Assembly (NCBI GenBank): GCA_030390025.1
Contig: CM059425.1
Coordinates: forward strand, 175,276,001 to 175,340,000
Direction of reading: 5' to 3'
Source of the DNA: Squalus acanthias
Lineage: Eukaryota
DNA: 64,000 bases
The position numbers and the translations under genes are program-made. The notes below the pieces were generated by a model. The model did not search any database and was not told where the DNA came from. It saw only the letters and a program-made list of their open reading frames with translations. Shown here one piece after another: positions 12,701 through 23,446 of this stretch (the first letter of the stretch is position 1; every line of letters starts with the position of its first letter).

Positions 12701-13122
12701 GTCTCAAAATGCTTTACAACCAATGAAGTACTTTTTGGAGTGTAGTCACTATTGTAATGTGGGAAATGCGGCAGCCAATTTGCGCACAGCAAGCTCCCAC
12801 AAACAGCAACATGATAATGACCAGATAATCTGTTTTAGTGATGTTGATTGAGGGATAAATATTGGCCAGGACACACGGGATAACTCCCCTACTCTTCTTC
12901 GAAATAGTGCCACGGGATCTTTTACCTCCACCTGAGAGAGCAGACGGAGCCTTGGTTTAACGTCTCATCTGAAAGACGGCACCTCCGATAGTGCAGCACT
13001 CCCTCAGCACTGCACTGGTGTGTTGGCCTAGATTTATGTGCTCAAGTCCTTGGAGCAGGACTTGAACTCACAACCTTCTGACTCAGAGGTGAGTGTGCTA
13101 CCCACTGAGCCACAGCTGACAC
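12701..13122 (-). mobile_element. Second Deu-domain SINE, inverted relative to 11755-12220
   Basis: The reverse complement aligns by eye over ~420 nt with the 11755 copy. The head ends at 13122. Confidence 0.85.
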
Positions 13123-13721
13123 TACATTGACATAAAAGTTCCTTCTATTTGAGCGATACAAAAAGTTCAATTTGATGCATGTTGTAGAATTGGTGGCAAT
13201 TATGTGCTAATTAATACGTTTAAGTTAATAGATATTTCAGGTAGTTGGATTAAATATCTCACTTTTTCAAAGAAAATACTGAAAGATTCAAAATGTCTTT
13301 CAATCCTATGCCATGGTCAGGCAGTTCTCATTGACTTTGCACCAGGACTTCAGAAAAGTCTTAACAAAAGTAAGAGAAATCCTGCAGTATACTTGTTTGC
13401 CCTTCCACTTAATGTCTCTTGACAGAGCTTGGTTTCATCTCAGTTCCTGCATTCCTTTTCCTGGTTGAAAAGATATTGTTGTGTTTATCTTTGCAAGGAA
13501 GGCTGCAGCTGCTCTTTGGTCATTCAGACTAAAAATCTGGCCCTCAGAACAAAAAGGAGGGGTGAGAGAAAGGTTTGTGATTAAGAGCCAGCTGTGACTA
13601 CTGGCAAAGCAATCACTCAGAACTGGTAGAAGTTTCCATCTGAGCAGGAGGACAGGCATACAAGTCCATAGCTGTATTGAGATTTAGTATATTGCTAGAC
13701 TTGTGCTCTTAAGACCAATTT

Positions 13722-13784
13722 ATGAGTGAGTCATCTGCAGAAGAGGCAAAAGTCTATGGGAGGAACAGGTTGTATATAGTAAAG
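13722..13784 (+). CDS. MCC: Putative alternative first coding exon A of MCC (MSESSAEEAKVYGRNRLYIVK)
   Basis: ATG-initiated 21 codons end at a consensus donor AAG|GTGAGT in phase 0, matching the phase-0 acceptor of exon 27984. It lies in unique, non-repeat DNA. Confidence 0.6.
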
Positions 13785-15679
13785 GTGAGTTTTACTTAAC
13801 TTGAAAATATGTAGCAGTAACATTTTTCTGTGGCCCTTTGTGAAAAGGATGAGTAACTGTCAGGAAAACAAAGATACCACAGCTGCAGATAGTAGATATT
13901 AGAAAGTAATGGCATTTCTTTATATTAAATAGTAAAGGTGAAATTTCCCTTTTAATGAAGAACAGCAGAATGCCTATGTTTTTCCCCTTAACTAATGTAA
14001 TTGCATTCCCAGAAATCTCAATTTCAAAGCTATACATTCCTGAATTTTTGGAGAAAACTGGCAATCTTCTATTTTTCATAAGTTGAATTTCAAGTGTGTG
14101 TATGTTTTTTTTTAATTGTTCAAAGTGTTGTGAAGAAGCTATACATTTTTGCCACTGTGGTTTATTTTCACTTTTGACCTTAAGGAATGTGCAGTGACAG
14201 GAGTATTCAATGATAATAAAATATCAGCGCAGGCACGTTTATTCTTAAATTTATTATGTGGTGCACAGTTTGGTTGACAACGGACAAGTCCCTGCTACGT
14301 CTGTAGGTGAGGTATTTCAGTGTTAACGGTGTCACACTTCCCTGTCATAGCTCATCTTGTGCACAATAGCTGCTATTTTATAGTACTAGTATTGCTCAAT
14401 CTGCTTCCTACAAATTGCTCAATGCTTTCTGGAAATGGTTTTCAACTGCCATTTTTGTCTTGGGAACTGAAATTTCAAGTGTCCAACAAATTTTTTTTTA
14501 ACTCTCAAAATTGCATATTTTACAACATGACAAAATTTATCTATTGGATTATCTTTAGTGTTTTGTCATGCCTTAAAGTTTTCACTTGACTGATTCAGCT
14601 TTTCTCAAATGCCTGGGCTTGGCCCTGATCTTCTGCCCAGAACTGTGACGCTGAGCTGAATTTAGTTTGTGGAGTCTGAGGAGGTACAAATGTGCCTGAT
14701 GTCCAAGGATGCATCAGTATTGTTCAATCAGCTGTGTTGATAGAATATTCTAGCAGTTTTTATTAAATTAAAATTATTTGAAGAAAAGCTAGAGGATTAA
14801 CTTCAAAATCTCTATTCGGGTAAAATCTATATTGAGTATTTTTTTTTAAGAGAGGCTGTGCTTTTAAGCAGATGTAAGAGTGTGTTAGAAAAAAGACAGA
14901 TTACTAACCACACACCTGTTCTGTTGTAACTTTTGTTTTGTGTTCTATAAATTTAAAAGTACATTATACTCAGAGATGGTTTTCCTCATTGTAATTAGTT
15001 TTTTTTAAAAAACAAGCTGAATTTTGAAGCAAACTGCCTCATTATGTCACCGTGGCAGTTAGGAAATGTAATCATGCGAATTACTAACAGCTGTCAGACA
15101 TAGAGATAGAGACGCACACCATCTTCCTTCATTTAATTTGTTTCTGTTTTCAAATAAAAAGCAAATGAATTGAATTTTGAAAGCTCCAGTTTCCATCTGT
15201 GTTCTGTTGATAGTAATTATAATTTTTACAGCAGCTGTGAGAGAGAGAGAGACATCCAGTAGGCAATCACAAAATAGCTAAATTTAGTGTTCAGAGATCA
15301 CTAAGGAAGTCACAAACCAGTGCTGTTAAACATGGGAATCCCCACCTCCCATCAATGCCTTCAGGCCCATGCCTTAACCCAACCCTCACTGCGGACAGAC
15401 ACCAGGAATCCACTAGTGAGTCAAACCTTGCATTCAAACCTCTGGTTCACCTTTCACACTTTTGCCAAATCCCAGGTGCCCCCTCCGCACTGATGCCAGA
15501 TCAAAGGATCCCCCATGTTGCCAAACTTCATCAGCCCCACTGCAGTACTGTCAAACTCCAGGATCACTACCTAATGCTGCAAAAGCCCAGAACTACTCCC
15601 AATCCGAGCAAAGCACAGAACTGTCCAAAGTGCAGCTAAAATCCATTCCCCCTCTCCAGTATTGCTCAATACCAGGTAT

Positions 15680-16449
15680 GAGAGCTGAGGCACAGAGCAC
15701 AACCACAGATCACAACGTAAACAGCATGTAACTTGGGCATGGCTCAGAAGGTGTATATAAGTAGAAAGTGTCTACTAAGGCAGAGTGTAACCACCGATCG
15801 AAACTACAGATCACAATGTAAACGTAGTGCATCGTACACAGAGTGGGAAGTTGAGAATTTGGTGAGATTGGGAAGGAGGTGCTCCTTTTAGTTAAATTAA
15901 TTAGTTTAAAATAAGCAAAGTGAATTAATTACATAAAACTTGAATTGATTAAATATATAAAACAAGGTTAAATAAAGATGGCAGTGCAGGAGGTGCGCCG
16001 CATCTGCAGCATGTGGGAGTTTGAGAGCAGCGTGATCCCAGGCAACCACACCTGTAGTAAGTGTCTGCAACTTGAGGAACACCGGCTCACAGTTGCTGAG
16101 CTGGAGTCCAAGGTGCAGACATTGCGATGCATGAGGGAGGGGGCAAGAGTTACCTGGACATTTTGACCCAGGAGGCAGCCACACCCCTTGGTTAGGTAGT
16201 GGTTTAGATTTGGTCAGTGGTCATGGAAAGGAAGATGTGACTGCGACTCAGGCAGGTAAGATAACCGCAGATGCAGTGGTGGAGAAGCCTCAGCCTTTGT
16301 CATTGGCCAACAGGTACGAGGTACTTGCTACCGGTGTGGATGACAACACAGACTGCAGGGAGGTTGGGCAAATTGACCACAGCTATGATCTTACTGAATG
16401 GCGGAGCAAGCTCGAAAGGCCTACTCCTGCTTCTATTTCTTATGTTCTT
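15680..16449 (+). mobile_element. Internally deleted CR1 (5' UTR + ORF1 zinc-finger/coiled-coil fused directly to the 3' tail)
   Basis: MAVQEVRRICSMWE...HTCSKCLQLEE is homologous to ORF1 at 62974. At ~16380 it jumps to the CR1 tail ...GGCCTACTCCTGCTTCTATTTCTTATGTTCTT. Confidence 0.85.
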
Positions 16450-17276
16450 CTGTCCTTGTATGAAGATTAAAGTCCCCCATGATTATTGCATTACCTTGTT
16501 ACATGCTCCTCTGATTTCTACTCTGTCCAACACTATGATTACTGTTAGGGACCCTATAAACTACTCCCACCAGTGTTTTCTGCCCTTTGTTATTTCGTAG
16601 CTCCACCCATACTGATTCTACATCCTGATTTTCTGGGCTAAGATCCTTTCTCTCCACTGCCTTTATCTCATCCTTTAATATCAGGGCTACTCCACCTCCT
16701 TTTCCATTTTGCCTATCTTTTCTAAAAGTCAAGTACCCTGGAATATTTAGTTCCCAACCTTGGTCACCCTGCAACCACATCTCAGTAATGGCTATTAGAT
16801 CAAACCCATTTATCTCTATTTGTGCCATTAATTCATCTATCTTGTTACGAATGCTTCGTGCATTCAGATATAGTGCCTTTAATCTTAACTTTTTACTATT
16901 TTTCCCTGATGTGGCCTTAGTTGCTAATGCCCTATTACCAGTATTAAATTCTCTGACCCTTCCTGGCACAATCTGCATGATTTTACCCAAATCGCTACTC
17001 TGCTCTACAGCCTTGCCTTTTCTCTTCAGACTTATAAATTTACCCTCATCTGAACCCTCCCTTCCCCTTATTAATTTAAAGCCCTATCTACCGCCTTAGT
17101 TATTCGATCTGTCAGGACACTGGTCCCAGCCGAGTTTAAGTGGAGTCCGTCCCAACGGAACAACTCCCTCTTTGCCCAGTACTGGTGCCAGTACCCCACG
17201 AATTGAAACCCTGCCTCCCACACCACTCTTTCAGCCATGCATTTAAACCTGTTTGTCCCTGTGCCAATTTGCATGT
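16450..17276 (-). mobile_element. CR1 fragment: end of ORF1 esterase and start of ORF2 endonuclease
   Basis: WHQYW...DGLHLN...ALN*, then LYLNARSIRNK...IAITEMW, KGGGVA, GVVYR. Confidence 0.9.
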
Positions 17277-18592
17277 ACGCCTGGTGCTGCTCCTGGCATG
17301 CTCTTCTACACTCCTTATTCAACCAGGGTTGGTCCCCTGGCTTGATGGAAATGGTAGAGTGAGGGAAATGCCAGGCCATGAGGTTACAGATTGTAGTGGA
17401 ATACAATTCTGCTGCTGCTGATGGCCCACAGCGCCTCATGGATGCCCAGTTTTGAGCTGCTAGATCTGTTCTGAATCTATCCCATTTAGCACGGTGGTAG
17501 TGCCACACAACATGGTGGAGGGTGTCCTCATTGTGAAGACGGGACTTTGTCTCCACAAGGACTGTGCGGTGGTCACTGCTACCAAAGCTGTCATGGACAG
17601 ATGCATCTACGACCGGTAGATTGGTGAGGACGAGGTCAAGTAGGTTTATCCCTCGTGTTGATTCTCTCACCACCTGTCGCAGGCCCAGACTGGCAGCTAT
17701 GTCCTTCAGGACTCAGTCAGTAGTGGTGCTACCGAGCCACTCTTGGTGATGGACATTGAAATCCCCCACCCAGAGTACATTCTGTGCCCTTGCTACTCTG
17801 CTTCTTCTAAGTGGTGTTCAACATGGAGGAGTACTGATTCATCAGCTGAAGGAGGGTGGTAGGTGGTAATCAGCAGGCGGTTTCCTTGCCCATGCTTGAC
17901 CTAAAGCCATGAGACTTCATGGGGTCCGGAGTCAATGTTGAGGACTTCCAGGTCCACTCCTTCCCGACTGTATACCACTGTACCGCCACCCCTGGTGTCC
18001 TGTCCTGTCCCACCGGCAGGACAGACCCAGGGGGGATGGTGATGGAGGAGTTTGGGACATTGGCTAAAAGGTATGATTCTGTGAGTATGACTATGTCAGG
18101 CTGTTAATTGGCTAGTCTGTGGGACAGCTCTCCCAATTTTGGCACAAGTCCCCAGATGTTGGTGTGGAATCAGGGTCGATTGGGCTGGGTGTGCCGTTGT
18201 CATGTCCGTATCTGGTGCCGAGATCGATGCCGGGTGGTCTGTCCGGTTTTATTTTCATTGTTTTCGTAGTGGTTTTTTACAACGGAGTGGCTGCTCGGCC
18301 ATTTCAGAGTCAACCACATTGCTGTGGATCTGGAGTCACATGTAGGCCAGATCAGGTAAGGATGGCATATTTCCTTCCCTAAAGGACATTAGTGAACCAG
18401 ATGGGTTTTTATGACAATCCGATAGTTTCATGGTCACCATTACTTATACTAGCTTTTTATTGCAGACTTATTTAATTAACTGAATTTAAATTCCCCAGCT
18501 GCAGTGGTGGGATTTGTACTCACGTCTTCGGATCATTAGTCCAGGCCTCTGGATTACTAGTCCAGTAACATAACTACTATGCTACCATTCCC
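17277..18592 (-). mobile_element. Family B tRNA-headed LINE, head + endonuclease
   Basis: Head GGGAATGGTAGCATAGTAG...CTGGACTAGTAATCCAG, followed by TRGINLLDLVLTN and SSDHRTVLV. Collinear with 6960-8311. Confidence 0.9.
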
Positions 18593-19086
18593 GTCCTGCA
18601 CTATCCCCATATCCCTTGATTCCCTTAATATCCAAAAATCTATCCATCACTGTCTTGAATATACTTAACGACTGAGCATCCACAGTCCTCTGGGATAGAG
18701 AATTCCAAAGATTCACAACCCTTTGAGTGAAGAAATTTCTGCTCATCTCAGTCCTAAATGTCTGACCCCTTATTCTGAGACTCTGACCCCTAGTTCTAGA
18801 CTCCCCAGCCAGATGAAACACTCTCCCAGCATCTACCCTGTCAAGCCCTCTTAGAATTTTATTTGTTTCAGTGAAATCACCTCTCACTCTTCTAAATTCT
18901 AGGGAATATAGGCCTAGTCTCCTCAATCTCGCCTCATAGGACAATACCCCCATCCCAGGAATTGGGCTGGTGAACCTTTGTTGCACTCCCTCTACGGCAA
19001 GTATATGTTTCCTTAGGTAAAGAGACCCAAACTGCTCATGGTAGTCCAGGTGTGAGACCAAAACTGCACACACTACTCCAGGTGGG
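18593..19086 (-). mobile_element. CR1 LINE 3' fragment
   Basis: LGLYSLEFRRVRGD...RTRG...FFTQRVVNLWNSL. Confidence 0.9.
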
Positions 19087-19823
19087 AGACTGGGTGAACC
19101 AAATTGGCAAAAGTAGCATGGAGGACGAGTTCATGGAATGCATTCAAGACAGATTTCTAGAACAATATGTCGAGGAACCAGTTAGGGGACAGACTATTTT
19201 AGATCTAGTATTGCGTAATGAGGCAGGGTTAATTAGTAATCTCTTGTAAAGGATTCTCTGGGGAAGAGTGATCATAATATGAGATAATATCATTAAGTTT
19301 GAAAGTGATGTGGTTACGTCTGAAACTAGTGTCTTAAATTTAAACAAAGCCAATTACGGAGGTATGAGGGGCGAATTGGCTGAGGTAGATTGGGAAATTA
19401 GGTTAAAAGATATGACTGTAGTTAAGCAACGGCAAACATTTAAAGAAATAATTCATAATTTTCAATGAATATACATTCCCTTAAGGAATAAAAACTCCAC
19501 TGGAAATGTGCTACAGCCATAGCTAACTAGAGAAGTTAAGGGTAGTATTAGATTTAAAGAAAAAGCTTACAATGATGCCAAAAATAGTAAGCCTGAGGAT
19601 TGGGGGGGCTTTAAATATCAGCAAAAGATGACCAAGAAATTGATAAGAGAGAGAAAATAAGAATTTGAGATTAAACTAGCAAGAAATATAAAAACAGATT
19701 GTAAGAGCTTTTACAAGTATGTAAAAAGGAAGAGATTAGTGAAAGTAAACATGGTTTCCTTAGAGACAGGAGAAATTATAATGGGGAATAAGGAAATGGT
19801 AGAGATGTTAAACAAATATATTG

Positions 19824-20570
19824 GGCTGTAAATTGTGGTCGGAGGCTTCCCGCAAGTGAATGCCTCCGAACCGCAAGTAAACTCTGCACCTACCTGGTGC
19901 CTCCGGACCTTTGGAATCTTGCACTCCTGGGCCTCCAGGCATACGCCTGCGTAAAAGCCCATGTATCCCAGGAGCACATGCGGTTCGCAAGTGTCCGTGG
20001 GATCATGTGGGCCAGCCCAACTAATCACAAAGGTGGAATTCCCATTATGCTTATGGGGATTCCATTTACTTACGGAATCCCCATAAGCATAATAGGAATC
20101 ACCCAAATAGTACATTTTAACAACACTGAAATAAAAATAAATTATCACATGGTCAAAATTAATTAAAATACAATTTAATTAAACATTTAAAACATTTAAT
20201 TTTTTGAAAAATAAATGTAAACATTTTTCAAGGGGCTAAAAATAACCTAAAGTAATTTTAAAGGTTTTTGTATGGTTAAATCATTTAAAAAAAATTATTT
20301 TAATATTTATTAAAACCCTTACGCTAGTAAGAGGCCTTATGCCTGCTTTTACCAGGCATAAGTGTTTCATGGGCATTCGCTGGGCAGTAGTTGGGCAAAT
20401 AGCCCAACTCTGCACCAGCGAATGTCCATTTCCTGCGGATGGGTACGATCTGCCAAGCAGAATCTTGACATCGCAAGTTCTGGTTTTTCGCACATGCGCA
20501 TCGTAAGCGGAAACTCGGAACTTGAGGCATTGACAGCGTATGCGGCCATAGGCCCTAGAAAATCTGGGCG
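19824..20570. mobile_element. Non-autonomous DNA transposon (Harbinger-like) inserted in CR1
   Basis: Interrupts the CR1 with a 3-bp duplication TTG (19821-23, 20571-73). Ends GGCTGTAAATT / AAAATCTGGGCG form only a weak TIR. A relative lies at 5303-6424. Confidence 0.65.
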
Positions 20571-20775
20571 TTGTGTCTGTCTTCGCAGTAGAACACACAC
20601 AGAACATAACAGAAATTGTGGGGAATCAAGGGCCTAATGAGAGTGAGGAACTTAAAGTAATTAATATTGGTAAAGAAAAGTACTGGAGAAATTAATGGGA
20701 GTAAACGCCGACAGATCCCCTGGATCTGATGGCCGACACCTTAGGGTTTTAAAAGAAGTGGCTGCAGAGATAGTG

Positions 20776-21088
20776 GGCTGGATTTTCATTGACCCATGGA
20801 GGTGGGTTTGGAGGCGTGTGGGGGGGGGTTAAAATTGTGAAAACTGGCGGGCGGGCACAAGTCCGCCTCCATCCCGCCTCCACGCAATTTTCATGAAATC
20901 GTGTCTGCTGGTCCCGATTGCGTCCCGCCTTTTAAGAGACGGGATAGGCTGTTAAGGCTCTTAACAAGCACTAAATTGGCTCTATAATGCCATTTTGAAA
21001 GGCCTTTGTGATTTTAACCCTTGTTCTACGTGAAGCACGCCTGTTCTGAACCACGATTGTGAAACCTGGCGGGAGCACATTTGGCTGG

Positions 21089-21126
<38 letters not shown>

Positions 21127-21425
21127 GTGGTGTAAAAATATCTGGGAGCAGACTTAGGGCTGCTGCTGCTCATTTTGCATCCAAGTCCTCTCACAGCAAA
21201 GGCCAGGCAGTCTTTGCAGACCTTCAATGCAGCAGCAATGATGACATCATCAGAGGCGACTTTCAGACTGAAAACATTAATTGGTTCATAGGTTCCCACA
21301 TGCTGGAACTCAATTGCCCAATTAGGTGAAAATCACATCAATCTCCCACATCCAATTGCAGTCAGATGGATAACACGAAAAGTGGATGACACGACCCCAA
21401 CCCGCCCCAGTATCAAAATCCAGCC
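20776..21425. mobile_element. MITE (Harbinger-like TIR) inserted in CR1
   Basis: Perfect 11-bp TIR GGCTGGATTTT/AAAATCCAGCC flanked by TAGTG on both sides (alternatively a 3-bp AGT TSD with a 12-bp imperfect TIR). Internal (CT)n. Confidence 0.8.
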
Positions 21426-21652
21426 TAGTGAATCCTTTGGTTTTGATCTTCCAGAATTCCTGAGATTCTGAAACGGTCCCCGTGAATTGGAAGGTAGCAA
21501 TGTAACCCCGCTGTTCAAGAAAGGAGGGAGAGAGAAAACAGGGAATTATACACCAGTTAGCCTGACATCAGTAGTAGGGAAAATGCTAGAATCTATTATT
21601 AAGGACTTGGTAACGGGACACTTGGAAAATCACAATATGATTAGGCAGAGCC

Positions 21653-22510
21653 ATCGGAACAAGAGTACGCCATTTAGCCCCTCGAGCCTGTTCTGCCGTT
21701 CAGTGAGAGCATGGCTGATCGGCAACCTAACTCCATATACCCGCCTTTGCCCCATATCCCTTAATACCTTTGTTAACAAAAATCTATCAATCTCCGATTT
21801 TAAAATTAACAATTGATCTAGCATCAACTGCCGTTTGCAGAAGAGAGTTCCAAACTTCTACCTCCCTTTGTGTGTAGAAGTGTTACCTAATTCACTACTG
21901 AAAAGTCTGGCTTTAATTTTTAGACTATGCCCCCTAGTCGTAGACTCCACAACCAGCGGAAATAGTTTCTCTCTATCTACCCTATCTGTTCCCCTTAATA
22001 TCTTAAAGTTAGATCAAATCACCCCATAACCTTCTAAATTCCAGGGAATACAACCCTAATTTGTGTAATCTCTCCTCGTAACTTAACCCTTGAAGTCCAA
22101 GTATCACTCTGGTAAACCTACACTGCAATTCCTCAAAGGTCAATAGCTATAGCATAACTTCTACCCCCTTGCATTCTAGTCCTCTAGATATAAAGGCCAG
22201 CATTCCATCAGCCTTTTTGATAATTTTTTGTACCTGTTCATGACATTTTAATGATCTATCTACCTGGACCCGCAAGTCTCTTTGGACCTCCACTGTTTTT
22301 AGCCTTTCACCATTTAGAAAGTACCCTGTTTTATCCTTTATAGGTCCAAAGTGGATGACCTCACATTTGCCACAGTTTGCCCACTTAATCTATCAATATC
22401 TCTTTGTAATTTTATGCTTTCAACCACACTGCCTACAATGCCACCTATCTTTATGTCATCGGCAAATTTGGATATCTGGCTTTCTATCCCATCATCTAAG
22501 TCGTTAATCA
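21653..22510 (-). mobile_element. CR1 LINE 3' fragment
   Basis: INDLDDG...SKFADDIKIGG, plus the C-terminal domain and tail near 21653. Confidence 0.85.
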
Positions 22511-22844
22511 ATCTTCCTGCCCCCCTCTTTCCTCCCCCCCCCCCCCCCCCCCCCCCGGATGATTTACTTGTCCCAGATCTTCTTCCCGCACCCCCGATCT
22601 TCTCGTCCCCAACCACCTTCTCAGCCCTGTCCCCCCACGATCTTCTTACCAACTCCCAGCCCCCACGCGATCCCTCCCTCCCTCCCTCCTCTGTGCGGCC
22701 TGGCTGCGGGTGGGAAACGGACGCTTCCCATTCAAATCAGGCCCTGCCGTTAAATTCGGCAGGGCCTGCGGGAAACCTGTGCTCCCGGGTTTCCTGACCG
22801 CATCGGAGCCCCCCCAACCCACCTTCCCCATTAAAATTCAGCCC
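22511..22844. mobile_element. One end of a Harbinger-like MITE with a poly-C tract
   Basis: Terminal AAAATTCAGCCC at 22833-22844 resembles the TIR of the 20776 element. The other end is lost. Confidence 0.5.
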
Positions 22845-23446
22845 TTTGTGTGCAGTACCATGGATGATCAACTAATATTCAAAAGGTTGTGCACTTCCTG
22901 CCCAAAAAACTTAACCTCCTGTTGTCCTGATTTTTGAGTAATGTTTTTATGTCAATATTTCAGGTCAACGTTTATAATGAGAATTTCCATGTCCTAATTC
23001 ATGCCCTCATCTGATAGGTGTTCGTGTAACAGCTTTTTTAACCATCTCCCAGAATCTTGGCTTTTACCCAGCACACGTCCCAATCTCCTGTTTCAACTTC
23101 CAGTAAGTTCCCAATTCAGAGAACCATTTCTACAGTATTCTATTAATTTTTTGGGCATATTTTTATGCCATAGCTTCCCCCATCTGTTTTTTTTGTCGAG
23201 CTGCAACTTTGCTTCAGCCCAACCAAGTTGTATCACCAGTCTTCAATCATGCCGGCTGCGTTCCAAGATTCATTCCAATCCCATGCTCGCAAATTTCCAG
23301 TCACTGCTGTAAAATTGATCCCAACCCCGTCTTTCTTCGTCAAATTCCCTGGCCTGCTCGAATATTTTTTGATGCAGCCTGCATCAGATTCTGCATGCTG
23401 CATCTAATTTTCAACCCACCCAATTTGTTTGTTCCCCCTCTCAACA

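Larger units (their letters stand above)
19087..21652 (+). mobile_element. CR1 ORF2 middle fragment interrupted by two DNA-transposon inserts
   Basis: FLEQYVEEP...ILDLVL, KSFYKYVK, GSDGRHLRVLKE and NVTPLFKKG...QSH. The sequence resumes collinearly after 20570 and after 21425. Confidence 0.9.

Noticed and set aside
14220..14320. Possible extra exon ending at TAG|GTGAGG
   Set aside because: No convincing acceptor or reading frame and no recognisable MCC peptide.
22950..23445. Possible coding remnant on the minus strand
   Set aside because: Partial translation showed stops and no recognisable motif.
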